A stretch of 64,000 nucleotides of DNA from NCBI GenBank assembly GCA_041661645.1, contig JBAZUA010000003.1, positions 22,841-86,840 of the forward strand, written 5' to 3'. A program made the translations under genes and the position numbers. The notes under the pieces were generated by a model. That model made no database searches and had not been told where the DNA came from. It saw nothing but the letters and a program-made list of their open reading frames with translations. This DNA comes from Minisyncoccota bacterium. Lineage in GTDB: Bacteria > Patescibacteriota > Minisyncoccia > Phycocordibacterales > UBA6065. Shown here piece by piece: positions 28,731 through 38,518 of the stretch. The number at the start of each line of letters is the position of its first letter. Within the stretch, counting starts at the first letter, position 1.

Positions 28731-29189
28731 CTAGATGCCGAGGCGGTCGAGGAGGACCTGGAAGGGGCTTTCCTCGAACGGCTCCGACTCGAGATGGGTC
28801 TCGAGGAAAGCCCGGAGCATGTCTATCTCGTCGTGGGCGACGGGCACCATGATGTACGGCATGATCACCTTCTGGGAGACGAGTATGAGGCGAGCGCCGT
28901 CGCGGTGGTCCTCGTCGATCCAGAAGGACTTGAGGGACTTGAAGGGGTAGAGGGTCTTCTCTATGAGGACCCCTTTGTCGTTTACCTCCACGGATACGAC
29001 GTTCGGCTTGCGGGCCGCAAAGAGGGCGATGACAAAGGCGCCGATAACGATGACGATGGCGAAGAGGATGTTTCCGAAGATGACCGAGGTGATCGCCGCC
29101 GCCGCCGCCACGATGCCAAGCGCCCAGAACCAGTCCTGGGTCTTCTCCCTGTGCACGTACTCGTGCGTGTGCCAAGAAAACTCTTTCAT
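28731..29189 (-). CDS. hypothetical membrane protein
   Basis: 152 aa with two adjacent TM helices; preferred over overlapping GC-skewed + ORF. Confidence 0.45.
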   Translation of the reverse strand: MKEFSWHTHEYVHREKTQDWFWALGIVAAAAAITSVIFGNILFAIVIVIGAFVIALFAARKPNVVSVEVNDKGVLIEKTLYPFKSLKSFWIDEDHRDGARLILVSQKVIMPYIMVPVAHDEIDMLRAFLETHLESEPFEESPFQVLLDRLGI

Positions 29190-29264
29190 GCCACTAGTAT
29201 ATCACTGACTTTGAGAAAAGTGTCGAGGGGTCTATAATTGTGATGCTTAATCAAATTCAAACTT

Positions 29265-29471
29265 ATGGAACTATTCTTACAGACGTATGGTAGAGATCTG
29301 ATCATCCTGGCGATGATATGGGTCATGCCGTGGAAGGGCATATCTCTTTGGAGGGCGGCGCAGAGAAGGGAGAAGACCTGGTTCATAGCCCTCCTCCTCA
29401 TAAACTCGCTTGCTATTCTCGATATTCTCTATATATTCGTCTTTTCGAGAAAGCCGAATAAAGAAATCTAG
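29265..29471 (+). CDS. small membrane protein (hypothetical)
   Basis: 68 aa, two hydrophobic helices. Confidence 0.35.
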   Translation: MELFLQTYGRDLIILAMIWVMPWKGISLWRAAQRREKTWFIALLLINSLAILDILYIFVFSRKPNKEI

Positions 29472-29506
29472 GGCTCACGGGGGAGGCGGCATGGTAGACT
29501 GGACGG

Positions 29507-29980
29507 GTGCCTGAGTATACAAGAAAACCGAATACGAAGTGCTCGATGTGCGGTAAGCCTGTATATAGAAGGCCCCTTCAGATAAAAGGGGCCAAGGGTA
29601 GGGTGTTTTGCGGACAAGTGTGTTATGGTATTTCCTGCAGGAAAGAGAAGGCTTGCGCCGTTTGCGGGACTTTGATACTGGCAAGCGCTAACAAGAAAAC
29701 CTGTGGCAGGGAATGTGCGAATAGGCACAGGGTCAGTATCAAATATAAGATTGGCCGTCCGAGGGATAAGGCAGAACACTATCGAAGCCTCAAACTCAGG
29801 CTATTGGGAGAGAGGGGTGAAAAATGCGGACGGTGTGATTATGGCAGGATGGAGATCCTCGAGATACATCACAGGGATAGAAACAGAGAAAACAACTCCC
29901 TGGAAAATCTCGAGCTGATATGTCCGAACTGCCACGCAGAGGAGCACTATCTGAAGGGGAGTTGGCTTAGAAACATATAA
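29507..29980 (+). CDS. HNH endonuclease with zinc ribbons
   Basis: HHRDRNRENNSLENLELICPNCH HNH motif; multiple CxxC pairs. Confidence 0.65.
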   Translation: MPEYTRKPNTKCSMCGKPVYRRPLQIKGAKGRVFCGQVCYGISCRKEKACAVCGTLILASANKKTCGRECANRHRVSIKYKIGRPRDKAEHYRSLKLRLLGERGEKCGRCDYGRMEILEIHHRDRNRENNSLENLELICPNCHAEEHYLKGSWLRNI

Positions 29981-29983
29981 AAA

Positions 29984-30071
29984 GGAGGAGTGGCTCGAGT
30001 GGTTGAAGGCACCGCTCTTGAAAAGCGGAACCCGGGCAACTGGGTCGTGAGTTCGAATCTCACCTCCTCCG
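29984..30071 (+). tRNA. tRNA-Ser (anticodon TGA)
   Basis: Acceptor GGAGGAG/CTCCTCC, anticodon loop CTTGAAA, long variable arm, T arm GTGAG TTCGAAT CTCAC. Confidence 0.8.
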
Positions 30072-30072
30072 C

Positions 30073-30453
30073 ATGCGTCTTTTGGCAATCGATTACGGGG
30101 AGAAGCGTCTGGGCATAGCCCTGTCCGACGACAAGGGGATGATGGCGTTCCCTCACTCGGTTCTCCCGCGCTCAAGGGACTTTGTGGAAAAGATTGCCGA
30201 CATCGCCCGACAGAACGCCGTGGACATAATCGTCATGGGTGACTCAAAGAACTATGCCGGCGAGCGAAACCCGATCATGAAGGGCGCGCTTGAATGTGCT
30301 GATGCCCTCAAGGTTCGTGGCTTCAGGGTCGAGCTCGAGCTCGAGCTACTCTCGTCCCATCAGGCCTCGCATTTTCAGGGCAAGACGGCGATGACTGATG
30401 CCGCGGCGGCAAGCATCATATTGCAGAGTTACATAGATCGGATGAAGAAGTGA
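30073..30453 (+). CDS. ruvX: putative pre-16S rRNA nuclease YqgF/RuvX
   Basis: MRLLAIDYGEKRLGIALSD N-terminus. Confidence 0.8.
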   Translation: MRLLAIDYGEKRLGIALSDDKGMMAFPHSVLPRSRDFVEKIADIARQNAVDIIVMGDSKNYAGERNPIMKGALECADALKVRGFRVELELELLSSHQASHFQGKTAMTDAAAASIILQSYIDRMKK

Positions 30454-30468
30454 TAGCATATACACATT

Positions 30469-30885
30469 ATGATTACATACGATGATTTCGCGAAGATTGA
30501 AGTGAGGGCCGGAAAGATCCTGTCCGCCGAGAAGATTCCCGATACCGAAAAGCTCATCAGGCTGTCGGTGGACTTTGGCGTGATTGATGAGCCTGCTTCT
30601 ATCGTGGCGGACGCGGCGCCTGTGGTAGAGGGGGAGGCTGCGGTTCCCGCGGCGATGCCCGTCCCGCGCCGTGACATTCGTCAGATCGTCTCCGGCATCG
30701 CCGCCTATTTCCCTGATTCCTCTACCCTCGTCGGCAGGAAGTGCATGTTTGTTACGAACCTCGAGCCCCGCAAGATAAAGGGATTCGAGTCAAACGGCAT
30801 GCTGTTCGCCGTTTCGACCAAGGACGGAAAATTCTCCCTTCTCGAGCCGAACGCGGATATTCCCGAAGGCACTCGGGCATATTAG
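30469..30885 (+). CDS. tRNA-binding (EMAP/Myf-like) domain protein
   Basis: FAKIEVRAGKIL...GMLFA pattern of CsaA/MetRS C-terminal tRNA-binding domain. Confidence 0.65.
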   Translation: MITYDDFAKIEVRAGKILSAEKIPDTEKLIRLSVDFGVIDEPASIVADAAPVVEGEAAVPAAMPVPRRDIRQIVSGIAAYFPDSSTLVGRKCMFVTNLEPRKIKGFESNGMLFAVSTKDGKFSLLEPNADIPEGTRAY

Positions 30886-30913
30886 GACGCGGCGCGCGTA
30901 TCATATAAACACA

Positions 30914-31528
30914 ATGCCCCCATTTCTCGATCCACAGGTTCTCATACAGGCGGCGGGCCTCGCGGGAATACTCGCCATAGTGTTCTCGGAATCTGGCCTC
31001 TTCTTCGGTTTCTTCCTGCCTGGTGACTCGCTTCTCTTCACCGCAGGGCTCTTCGCCTCACAGGGACACCTAAACATCTTTGCGCTCACGCTCGGTTGCG
31101 TCATCGCCGCCATAGCGGGGGACAGCGTCGGATACATGTTTGGTCGCCGCGTGGGCCCTGTGCTCTTCTCGAGGGAGGACTCCTTCTTTTTTCACAAGCG
31201 GCATATCGATCAGGCCGGCGCCTTCTATGCGAAGTACGGCGCGAAGACGATAGTCCTCGCTCGATTCGTTCCCATCGTGCGCACCTTTGCCCCAATCGTC
31301 GCGGGCGTGGGCAAGATGGAATACAAAACCTTCATTGCCTATAACGTCATCGGGGGAACGCTTTGGGCTGGCCTCATGACGGTCGCGGGCTTTTCCGTTG
31401 GGTCGCTCGTGCCGAACGCCCAGAAGTACCTCCACCTCATAGTCATCGGCATCATCGCCCTCTCGCTTGTCCCCATCATCTTCGAATGGTTCAGGGCAAA
31501 GGGCCATCGTGCCGAGCCGGAGCTGTAG
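30914..31528 (+). CDS. DedA/VTT family membrane protein
   Basis: GFFLPGDSLLFTAGLFA and ARFVPIVRTFAPIVAG motifs. Confidence 0.8.
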   Translation: MPPFLDPQVLIQAAGLAGILAIVFSESGLFFGFFLPGDSLLFTAGLFASQGHLNIFALTLGCVIAAIAGDSVGYMFGRRVGPVLFSREDSFFFHKRHIDQAGAFYAKYGAKTIVLARFVPIVRTFAPIVAGVGKMEYKTFIAYNVIGGTLWAGLMTVAGFSVGSLVPNAQKYLHLIVIGIIALSLVPIIFEWFRAKGHRAEPEL

Positions 31529-31542
31529 TATAATGGTCCTCA

Positions 31543-32607
31543 ATGGACTCATTCATAAAACGCTCGTTCCCGATCCCTCACTTTCTCCTCCCTCCGCGTC
31601 TTTCCGTCGACGTGTGTGACGGGTGCCTTCGATTTTTCGAACTCTCGCGTCGTCCCGACTCCTATTTTCCAAAGAATTTCGGCGTGCTCCCGTTTCCTCA
31701 CGTGCACATGGGTAAGCTTGGCGAGAAGGAGGGTGCCGAGGCCAAGGCGGCCCTTGGATCCTTCGTTCGCGAGCGCGGATACAAGAGGGCCCACGTCATT
31801 GTCCACGAGGGCGAGTCATATGTCTTTTGCGTCACGGTAAAAACGACGGAGCGTCGCGAGCTCAGGTCGGCGATAGAGGCCGTGCTCGAGGAGAACGTGC
31901 CGATCCCGCCCGCCGAGGCGGTCTTTGAGTACGAGGTTATCGATGTCGACCGTGTTCGTGGGGAGACGCGCGTCGCCGTTTCGGTTGTTTCCGAGAAGAC
32001 CCTTTCAAACTATGTGGACGTCTTCAAGTCCGCAGGGCTTTCGCCCGTGTCGTTCGAGACCGAGGCGCGCGCCCTGGCGCGCGCCCTCTTCCTCCCTCAG
32101 GATCGGGCGACGCGCGTCGTCGTGTCCGTCGGCAGGAACCATTCGATGGTTTTCATCACCAAGGGGAGCGCCGTCGTCTTCAGCTCCGCCATCGAGATAG
32201 GGTCCTTCGACATCGAGGCCCAGATAGCCGGGGTCTTTGGCATAAGCGCGGACGATGCGCAGGCCCTGAAGGAACAGAAGGGCTTCACCGGCGAGAGCGA
32301 GGATCGCGAGCTCTTCGCCGCCATGTCCCCGGCCTTCTCGACCGTGCGCGACGAGCTTGACAAGGTCGTCTCGTATTGGCGAGGGCAGGGCAGGAGGGGC
32401 GCTGACGTCGAGGAGATATCTGAGATAGTCCTGTGTGGGAGGGATGGCGCGCTCCTCGGGTTTTCCCGCTACCTCTCCACCCCCTCGAGGCTGCATGTCA
32501 GGCTTGGCTCGGTGTGGACGGGCCTTGTCCTGCCCAAGACCATCGTCCCAGACATTCCGTTCAACGACTCCCTCGATTATGGGGCGGTCATAGGGGGTCT
32601 CGTATAA
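31543..32607 (+). CDS. pilM: type IV pilus assembly protein PilM-like
   Basis: 354 aa actin-like; position upstream of pilN/pilO-like genes. Confidence 0.65.
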   Translation: MDSFIKRSFPIPHFLLPPRLSVDVCDGCLRFFELSRRPDSYFPKNFGVLPFPHVHMGKLGEKEGAEAKAALGSFVRERGYKRAHVIVHEGESYVFCVTVKTTERRELRSAIEAVLEENVPIPPAEAVFEYEVIDVDRVRGETRVAVSVVSEKTLSNYVDVFKSAGLSPVSFETEARALARALFLPQDRATRVVVSVGRNHSMVFITKGSAVVFSSAIEIGSFDIEAQIAGVFGISADDAQALKEQKGFTGESEDRELFAAMSPAFSTVRDELDKVVSYWRGQGRRGADVEEISEIVLCGRDGALLGFSRYLSTPSRLHVRLGSVWTGLVLPKTIVPDIPFNDSLDYGAVIGGLV

Positions 32608-32611
32608 AGCC

Positions 32612-33148
32612 ATGTTCACCTTCCTTCCAAAAGACTATCGGTCAGAGGTCCTGAGAGAGCATCGAACGAGGCTCGTCATCGTGTGCCTGGGAATGCTGGC
32701 GGCCGCGCTGCTCCTCGGGGCGATTCTGGCGTTCCCGACCTACCTCGCGGTTTCCTTCCAGAAGTCCTCTATGATCGCGGAGCAGGCAAGGTCGCAGAAG
32801 GAGCTTGACTCGAGAAAAGGGGATGATGTCACCCTCGAGACCAAGCGCATTAAGGCCAAGCTTGCGGTCCTCTCGCTCGAGGCAAAGCACAGGCCGGTGG
32901 TCGCGACCCTTGAACGCATTCTCGCCCAGCCGAGGATCGGGGTCTCCCTCGCCGGCATCACCCTACACAGGGATGCGGACAAAGGGGTCATCACCCTTCA
33001 GGGCGAGGCGAAGACCCGCGAGAGCCTGGTCGCCTTCTCGAAGAGCCTTCAGGGCGAGCCGTCCTTTTCCAGGGTCGACCTTCCCGTGTCGAGCCTGGCC
33101 AAGAGCGAGAACATTGCCTTTACCATTCGCATAGAGTCTAACTTCTAA
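32612..33148 (+). CDS. pilN: PilN-like pilus assembly protein
   Basis: N-terminal TM then coiled-coil, 178 aa. Confidence 0.6.
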   Translation: MFTFLPKDYRSEVLREHRTRLVIVCLGMLAAALLLGAILAFPTYLAVSFQKSSMIAEQARSQKELDSRKGDDVTLETKRIKAKLAVLSLEAKHRPVVATLERILAQPRIGVSLAGITLHRDADKGVITLQGEAKTRESLVAFSKSLQGEPSFSRVDLPVSSLAKSENIAFTIRIESNF

Positions 33149-33151
33149 CAT

Positions 33152-33673
33152 ATGGATCGCCGCTCAACCCAAATAACCCTCGTGTCCATCTTTTCTGCCG
33201 CCGCGCTTTTGTGCGCGGGTGCCTGGATATTCCTGGTGTACGAAAGCAACTCGTCCAGGTCTGACATGGAGACCATTGCCCAGGGAATAGCCGACTCGTC
33301 CGCGCAGAACTCCCGGGACATCTCGACAAAGGTCGCCCTGAACAATGCCCGGAAGTCGCTCGGCGACATTGACAACGATTTCATAACAGAGGCACAGATA
33401 CCTGATTTCATAGGCACGATAGAGAAACTCGCGAGGTCGCACGCCGTCACTCTCGACATAGGCTCGATCAGCCTTGGCGGAGGCCCTGGAGACGTTGCGC
33501 CGCGCCCCCTGGCCCTTCGCCTGAGCGGATCGGCCGCCTGGAAGGGATGCGTCGATTTTATAGCGTCTCTCGATGCCGCCCACTACGCCATCGACATTGG
33601 TGACGTCTCCCTGAGCGGCGACAAGAAGGGCTGGAATTTCAGCATCGAGATGGTTCAATACGTAACAAAATAG
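33152..33673 (+). CDS. pilO: PilO-like pilus assembly protein
   Basis: N-terminal TM, 173 aa, operon context. Confidence 0.55.
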   Translation: MDRRSTQITLVSIFSAAALLCAGAWIFLVYESNSSRSDMETIAQGIADSSAQNSRDISTKVALNNARKSLGDIDNDFITEAQIPDFIGTIEKLARSHAVTLDIGSISLGGGPGDVAPRPLALRLSGSAAWKGCVDFIASLDAAHYAIDIGDVSLSGDKKGWNFSIEMVQYVTK

Positions 33674-33675
33674 GA

Positions 33676-33984
33676 ATGAAACCCTTTCTCAAAAAAATCC
33701 ACGGCTGGCTCGACGATGTCAGGGGGCTCGGGCGAAACCCCGCCTTCGACTGGCACTTCTCGCTCGGCTGTTTCTCGTTTGGCCTTCTGCTGGTCATCGT
33801 CTTAAGCACCGTCATCTATTTCAGGCTCGGATACGCCGACGTCCCGATTCCCCCCGGAAGCACGAGCGGGGGAGAGAGGGCCTTCAATGCCGATTCGATA
33901 CAGAAGACGCTCAAGGGCATACAGCAGAAGAGGGAGGACGCGGGAAGCGTCCCAAAGGCCGTCGTCGCGGACCCTGCGAACTAG
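33676..33984 (+). CDS. small membrane protein in pilMNO operon (hypothetical)
   Basis: 102 aa, one TM. Confidence 0.4.
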   Translation: MKPFLKKIHGWLDDVRGLGRNPAFDWHFSLGCFSFGLLLVIVLSTVIYFRLGYADVPIPPGSTSGGERAFNADSIQKTLKGIQQKREDAGSVPKAVVADPAN

Positions 33985-34097
33985 GGGTTGTGTTTGATTA
34001 TTTCTCGCGGAGGAGAGTTTTCATCAAGAGTCAATGCAAAAAGTGTAACGGCAACGATATAGACCAGAAGCGCAAGCCAGCCTTGCCATGTTGCTGG

Positions 34098-34107
34098 CCC
34101 CCCCCCC
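34098..34107. repeat. C10 homopolymer tract in intergenic region
   Basis: ggcccccccccccaacc read directly. Confidence 0.8.
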
Positions 34108-34170
34108 AACCGTAAAGCTTGGCTTTGAACCAATGGCCCTGAGGGTTATCTTTTAGATATCGTATGTATT

Positions 34171-36804
34171 CTATGAAGATGCTCGTATGTTTATTTTACC
34201 AGCATTAACATTAAGTTGCCTGTTTCTAAAGAACCACTTTGCGACTTCGATCAGCACAATGTTCAACAGTCCGATCAAGACGACACCGATCACCCAATTG
34301 AGAGGCAACGCCACTGTGTTGAACACTGGCTGCAGTCCGGGTAAATAAATAGCCACAGCCATGAGAACAATACCGACGAGAATACCGCCATTAAGATATT
34401 TGTTTGAAAACAGCGGATACGAAAGAATGCTTCTGTCCAAGCTTCGCACAGAAAGAGCGACGAGTAATGTGTATGTACCAAAAGCGGCAAAGATAAATGT
34501 GCGGACAATTGCCTCGTCATAGCCAAGTTGCATCAGTACGTAATAAATAACAAAGAGCAAGGCGCTGGTCGAAACACCAATGGCAAGGATTAGGAATTTC
34601 ATAATCGGATCGAATAGTTTTATCTTACCTCTCTTTAATGGCTTGTGTTTCAGGCCATCCGGCTCTTTTTCAAAGGCATACGAGACAGCTGGAAAACTGT
34701 CAGTGAAGAAATTAACCCAGAGGATCTGGAGCGGATTCAAAGGTAGTGGTAAACCAGTCAGGAGCGACCCACCAATAAGGATAAGACCGTCGGTAACGTT
34801 TGAAAGCAAGTATACAAGCACTTTGCGGATGTTGCCGAGAATCTGTCGACCTTCCTCAATGGCTGCAACAATGGTCTCAAAGTTATCATCGAGAAGCACG
34901 AGGTCGGCAACGCTCTGTGCTACTTCAGTACCTGAACCCATAGCGATACCCACGTCGGCTTGCTTGATGCTTGGCGCATCATTTACTCCGTCGCCGGTCA
35001 TGGCTACCACTTCGCCCATTTCCTGATAGAGCTTGGCAATACGAAGCTTGTCAAACGGTGTGACGCGGGAAATGACAGACAGTCCCGGTAGTCGCTCTCG
35101 CAGCTCCTCTTCTGATAGTTTTGCCAATTCAGATGCATCCAAAACAGAATTGTCATCAACTTTCATACCAACCTCTTTGGCAACAGCCATAGCCGTTCCT
35201 CGATGGTCACCAGTGAGAATGACTGTTTTAACGCCAGCATCGTGCACTCGGCCTATGGCATGTTTGATGCCAGGACGAATAGGGTCACGGAACGTGATGA
35301 GACCATTGAATGATAAATGAGTGAGCGATAAATCTTTTGAAATTGAAAAATGTTCCGTATGAGTAATCTCTTTTGACGCAACACCAAGAACTCGTTCTCC
35401 AGAAAGTGCCAGGGAATCAATTTGCTCGAGCATCACCCCCTTTTCTTTTGCATCAAGCGAGGAATGACCGAGTAGAATATCAGGTGCGCCAAAAAAGACC
35501 AGAAGATGTTTTCCGGACTCTTTAACCAAAGACACAGAGAACTTTTGAACTGAATTAAATGGCATACTCTGAAGGACGTGTTCTTTGGTGGTGATATCGG
35601 AAAACGTCATCCCTCGGAGACCCGCTGAACGAACGAGCGCCGTCTCCATAATCCTGCCGTTCATGCGCCACGATTCCGGATCATCCTGCGGATTTTCGAT
35701 AAGGACATTTGCATTGGTCAAAGCTCGAGCAATAAGTTTCTGCTCATCAATCTCAAAAGGGATGATCTTGGACATCACCATTCTTGCCATAGTCAGCGTC
35801 CCAGTCTTATCGGTAAGAATGACAGTGGTGCTGCCGAGAGCTTCAGCCGCCACAAGTTTTCTTACTACACCTTTTCGCTTTGCCATTCGTTCTACTCCGA
35901 CGGCAAGGATGACGGTCATAGATATCGGTAGTCCTTCTGGAATGGCGGATACAGCGATGGCGACGGAAGTAAGGAACATGTCGAATGGAGAATGTCCAAC
36001 AAGAATACCGATAGCAAAAACAACCAGTGTCAACGCTCCGAGAGCGATACTTGAATAGATGCTGAAGTTGATGATGGCTTTCTGAAGTGGAGTTTTTTCA
36101 TTCTCAGATGTGGCGATGAGCGAAGCGATCTTGCCAAGTTCAGTGTTTCCGCTCGTGCGGCAGACGATGGCGGCACATACTCCTTGAGTCACAAGTGTTC
36201 CAGCAAAGATCATAGAATTCTGATCCGAGAGTCCTGCTGATTCTGGCGATATGTCCGCAGCTTTTGAGACTGGCAAAGATTCGCCAGTAAGCACCGCTTC
36301 GTCAACTTGGAGGTCGTTCACAAACATAACTCGCGCGTCTGCTGGAACCCGATCGCCCTGTGCCAGTCGGATAATATCGCCCGGCACAAGCCCCTCTGCA
36401 TCAATCTCACGTTCTTTGCCATCCCGAATAACTCGTGCTCTCTGTTTGAGATATGTTTTCAGTTCCGAAAGTGCGCGCTCGGCTTTGTTCTCCTGATAAA
36501 AACCCAGGGCGGAATTGACGATAACAGCAACGAAAATAAAGATTGCGTCTCGATAATGTGAAATAGCCAAAGTAATGATGCCTGCAACAATAAGGACGAG
36601 GATCGGTGGGCTTTTAAGCTGATTGAGAAAGATTTTTAACCCGGCTGCCTTCTTGGAGGTACTGATCGTATTTTTTCCAAACGCTGAAAAACGATCCTCG
36701 GACTGTTGTGCGGATAGTCCCTTTTCTGTATCCGTCTCAAATAACCGTGCCGTCTCTTCGAATGATAGATGCCAAAAGTTTTTGTTTTGTATGTTAGAAT
36801 TCAC
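34171..36804 (-). CDS. cation-transporting P-type ATPase (P2-type, Ca2+/Mg2+-like)
   Basis: DKTGTLT phosphorylation motif, MTGDGVNDAPSIKQADVGIAMG hinge, 10 predicted TMs, 877 aa. Confidence 0.9.
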   Translation of the reverse strand: MNSNIQNKNFWHLSFEETARLFETDTEKGLSAQQSEDRFSAFGKNTISTSKKAAGLKIFLNQLKSPPILVLIVAGIITLAISHYRDAIFIFVAVIVNSALGFYQENKAERALSELKTYLKQRARVIRDGKEREIDAEGLVPGDIIRLAQGDRVPADARVMFVNDLQVDEAVLTGESLPVSKAADISPESAGLSDQNSMIFAGTLVTQGVCAAIVCRTSGNTELGKIASLIATSENEKTPLQKAIINFSIYSSIALGALTLVVFAIGILVGHSPFDMFLTSVAIAVSAIPEGLPISMTVILAVGVERMAKRKGVVRKLVAAEALGSTTVILTDKTGTLTMARMVMSKIIPFEIDEQKLIARALTNANVLIENPQDDPESWRMNGRIMETALVRSAGLRGMTFSDITTKEHVLQSMPFNSVQKFSVSLVKESGKHLLVFFGAPDILLGHSSLDAKEKGVMLEQIDSLALSGERVLGVASKEITHTEHFSISKDLSLTHLSFNGLITFRDPIRPGIKHAIGRVHDAGVKTVILTGDHRGTAMAVAKEVGMKVDDNSVLDASELAKLSEEELRERLPGLSVISRVTPFDKLRIAKLYQEMGEVVAMTGDGVNDAPSIKQADVGIAMGSGTEVAQSVADLVLLDDNFETIVAAIEEGRQILGNIRKVLVYLLSNVTDGLILIGGSLLTGLPLPLNPLQILWVNFFTDSFPAVSYAFEKEPDGLKHKPLKRGKIKLFDPIMKFLILAIGVSTSALLFVIYYVLMQLGYDEAIVRTFIFAAFGTYTLLVALSVRSLDRSILSYPLFSNKYLNGGILVGIVLMAVAIYLPGLQPVFNTVALPLNWVIGVVLIGLLNIVLIEVAKWFFRNRQLNVNAGKINIRASS

Positions 36805-36942
36805 GGTTTATTTAGTAGCGGTGATGATTTCATTTTACCAAAAAACCTTCGGATTATATAGGGAAAAATGATGCTTTCTCAGCAACTAAACGCACAAATT
36901 TTGTAATGTAAAAACAACTCAACTTTGACGGCCTCCGCGCCT

Positions 36943-37050
36943 ACCTTGATTGTGCCCTTGCTCGGTCTCGGAAAAAGTAAGGTGATACCCCATAAGGGTT
37001 GTTTGGGAGATTTTAGAGTATTAACTTGACGCACCTCGGTCTGGGACAAG
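36943..37050 (+). repeat. att-like repeat unit 1 (pseudo tRNA-Arg 3'-end-like gtgcccttgctcggtctcgg ... cacctcggtctggg)
   Basis: About 100-nt unit homologous to unit at 37421-37525. Confidence 0.6.
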
Positions 37051-37397
37051 ATTTGATAATAAATGAAAAAGCTGATAATCTTTCTTCTAGATATTGGGTC
37101 CTTCATTGGATAAGGCAACTTGGCCCTTCTCGCAAGAGTCGGATAAAAGACGCAGTCGTGCTCGCTTCCACCTAAGGTGAGGTTCGAAAATCTTTCGGGA
37201 TTGTCATGTATTGCGCCCTGAACAAGAGCTACGGAGCTACTGCCAAAAAGGTTAGATCTCCTCTAATCGGTTTGTAAGGAGGGGAATTGCCGTAAGGCCG
37301 TCCATCCAATATAGTCCACGCTTGACGTGTGCTCGTCCCCTTAAGCTTCGGCTTGAGGGGACGTTACGTTTTATAGAGTCTCAGCAAGTATTGTGAC

Positions 37398-37525
37398 TCA
37401 CCTCAGTCTGTCTCACTAAAGGGTGCCCCTGCTCGGTCTCGGAAAATATAAAGTGAGACACCGTAATGGTTATTCGGGTGCTTTCGGAATAACAGATTGA
37501 GGCACCTCAGTCTGGCCTAACCTTT
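37398..37525 (+). repeat. att-like repeat unit 2 (cacctcagtctgtctcactaaagggtgcccctgctcggtctcgg ... cacctcagtctgg)
   Basis: 5' 38 nt matches the 3' flank/3' end of tRNA-Arg(TCT) at 38142-38176. Confidence 0.6.
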
Positions 37526-38122
37526 TGCAAAAGTACAAATCTTGCGAATCAGCTTCCAAGTATCGTAGAAATCAAATTCGTCGCGGCGTCGCAGATTCCA
37601 ATCTTTTGACGGATGCAACGTGCAGAGAATCGGTATTCCTTTCCAGTCAATGATTTTGTTTACTCTGTCTTTTAACTTGCCTTTGCCAAGTAAGAAATCA
37701 GCGGCAGTGTTGCCAAAAAGAATGATGGCTTCTGGCTCAAACAATTCTATTTCCTGCAAAAGAAATTTGTTTGCCCAAAACTTTTCAGGATTGCCCGCAG
37801 CATATACCTTTGAAAAATGAGTCCAGTAAAAGGCCTTTAGAAATTCCTCTTTGTGCTTCCTATAGTCAGTTCGAATTTTTAATACTTGTTTTTCGTCGTC
37901 TCTGCCGAAGAAAAACAAAGCTAGTATTCGTTCCTCAAAATCAGAATGTTTGTCAAATAGGTCTTTCAGCTTGTTGGTATCCGACGAGGGATCGGAGCTA
38001 ATGATGAGAAATCTTTGCGTTGGAAATAAGGCGTTTACAACTGGATTGTATCGCCCTGAGCCATCGGGCCCTTTTGTTAATTTGATTTTTCTATTAAGAG
38101 ATTCTAATTCTTTGAATTTCAT
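37517..38122 (-). CDS. uracil-DNA glycosylase superfamily-like protein (tentative)
   Basis: C-terminal ...LFGNTAADFLLGKGK...ILCTLHPS resembles UDG HPS motif region; ORF extends to 38161 but start chosen at internal Met. Confidence 0.35.
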   Translation of the reverse strand: MKFKELESLNRKIKLTKGPDGSGRYNPVVNALFPTQRFLIISSDPSSDTNKLKDLFDKHSDFEERILALFFFGRDDEKQVLKIRTDYRKHKEEFLKAFYWTHFSKVYAAGNPEKFWANKFLLQEIELFEPEAIILFGNTAADFLLGKGKLKDRVNKIIDWKGIPILCTLHPSKDWNLRRRDEFDFYDTWKLIRKICTFAKG

Positions 38123-38168
38123 AAAATTCACAACTTTTAACCATCTCGGTCTCTCTCTCACTAACGTG

Positions 38169-38240
38169 TGCCCTCGGTAGGAATCGAACCTACATCAAGA
38201 CCTTAGAAGAGTCCTGTTCTATCCATTGAACTACAAGGGC
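38169..38240 (-). tRNA. tRNA-Arg (anticodon TCT)
   Basis: Acceptor GCCCTTG/CGAGGGC, D arm GTTC..GAAC, anticodon loop CTTCTAA, T arm GTAGG TTCGATT CCTAC. Confidence 0.85.
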
Positions 38241-38280
38241 ATTGATAGAGAATAGCAGGAAAGCCCTGCGTGGTGAAGCT

Positions 38281-38356
38281 TGGTGCGCCTTGAGGGACTT
38301 GAACCCCCGACCTTCTCAGTGTAAATGAGCTGCTCTACCAACTGAGCTAAAGGCGC
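38281..38356 (-). tRNA. tRNA-Val (anticodon TAC), CCA encoded
   Basis: Acceptor GCGCCTT/AAGGCGC, D arm GCTC AGTTGGTA GAGC, anticodon loop TTTACAC, T arm GGGGG TTCAAGT CCCTC. Confidence 0.85.
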
Positions 38357-38518
38357 TTGGTATATGTGTGTGAAGAGTTCCGCGAGGGTAACAATAGCCC
38401 ATATCCGCCCTTTTTTCAAGGAAGGGCCGTGTTTCCTGGGCCGGGGGCGGCGTTTCTTGCTAATTTGATGCCCGCATGTTAGATTGACTGCCACGTTACC
38501 AATTTAAAAATTCCCCGG

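Noticed and set aside
28653-29237. 194-aa + strand ORF
   Set aside because: Arg/Gly/Asp low-complexity translation typical of GC-rich antisense; the minus-strand ORF 28731-29189 has membrane-protein character.
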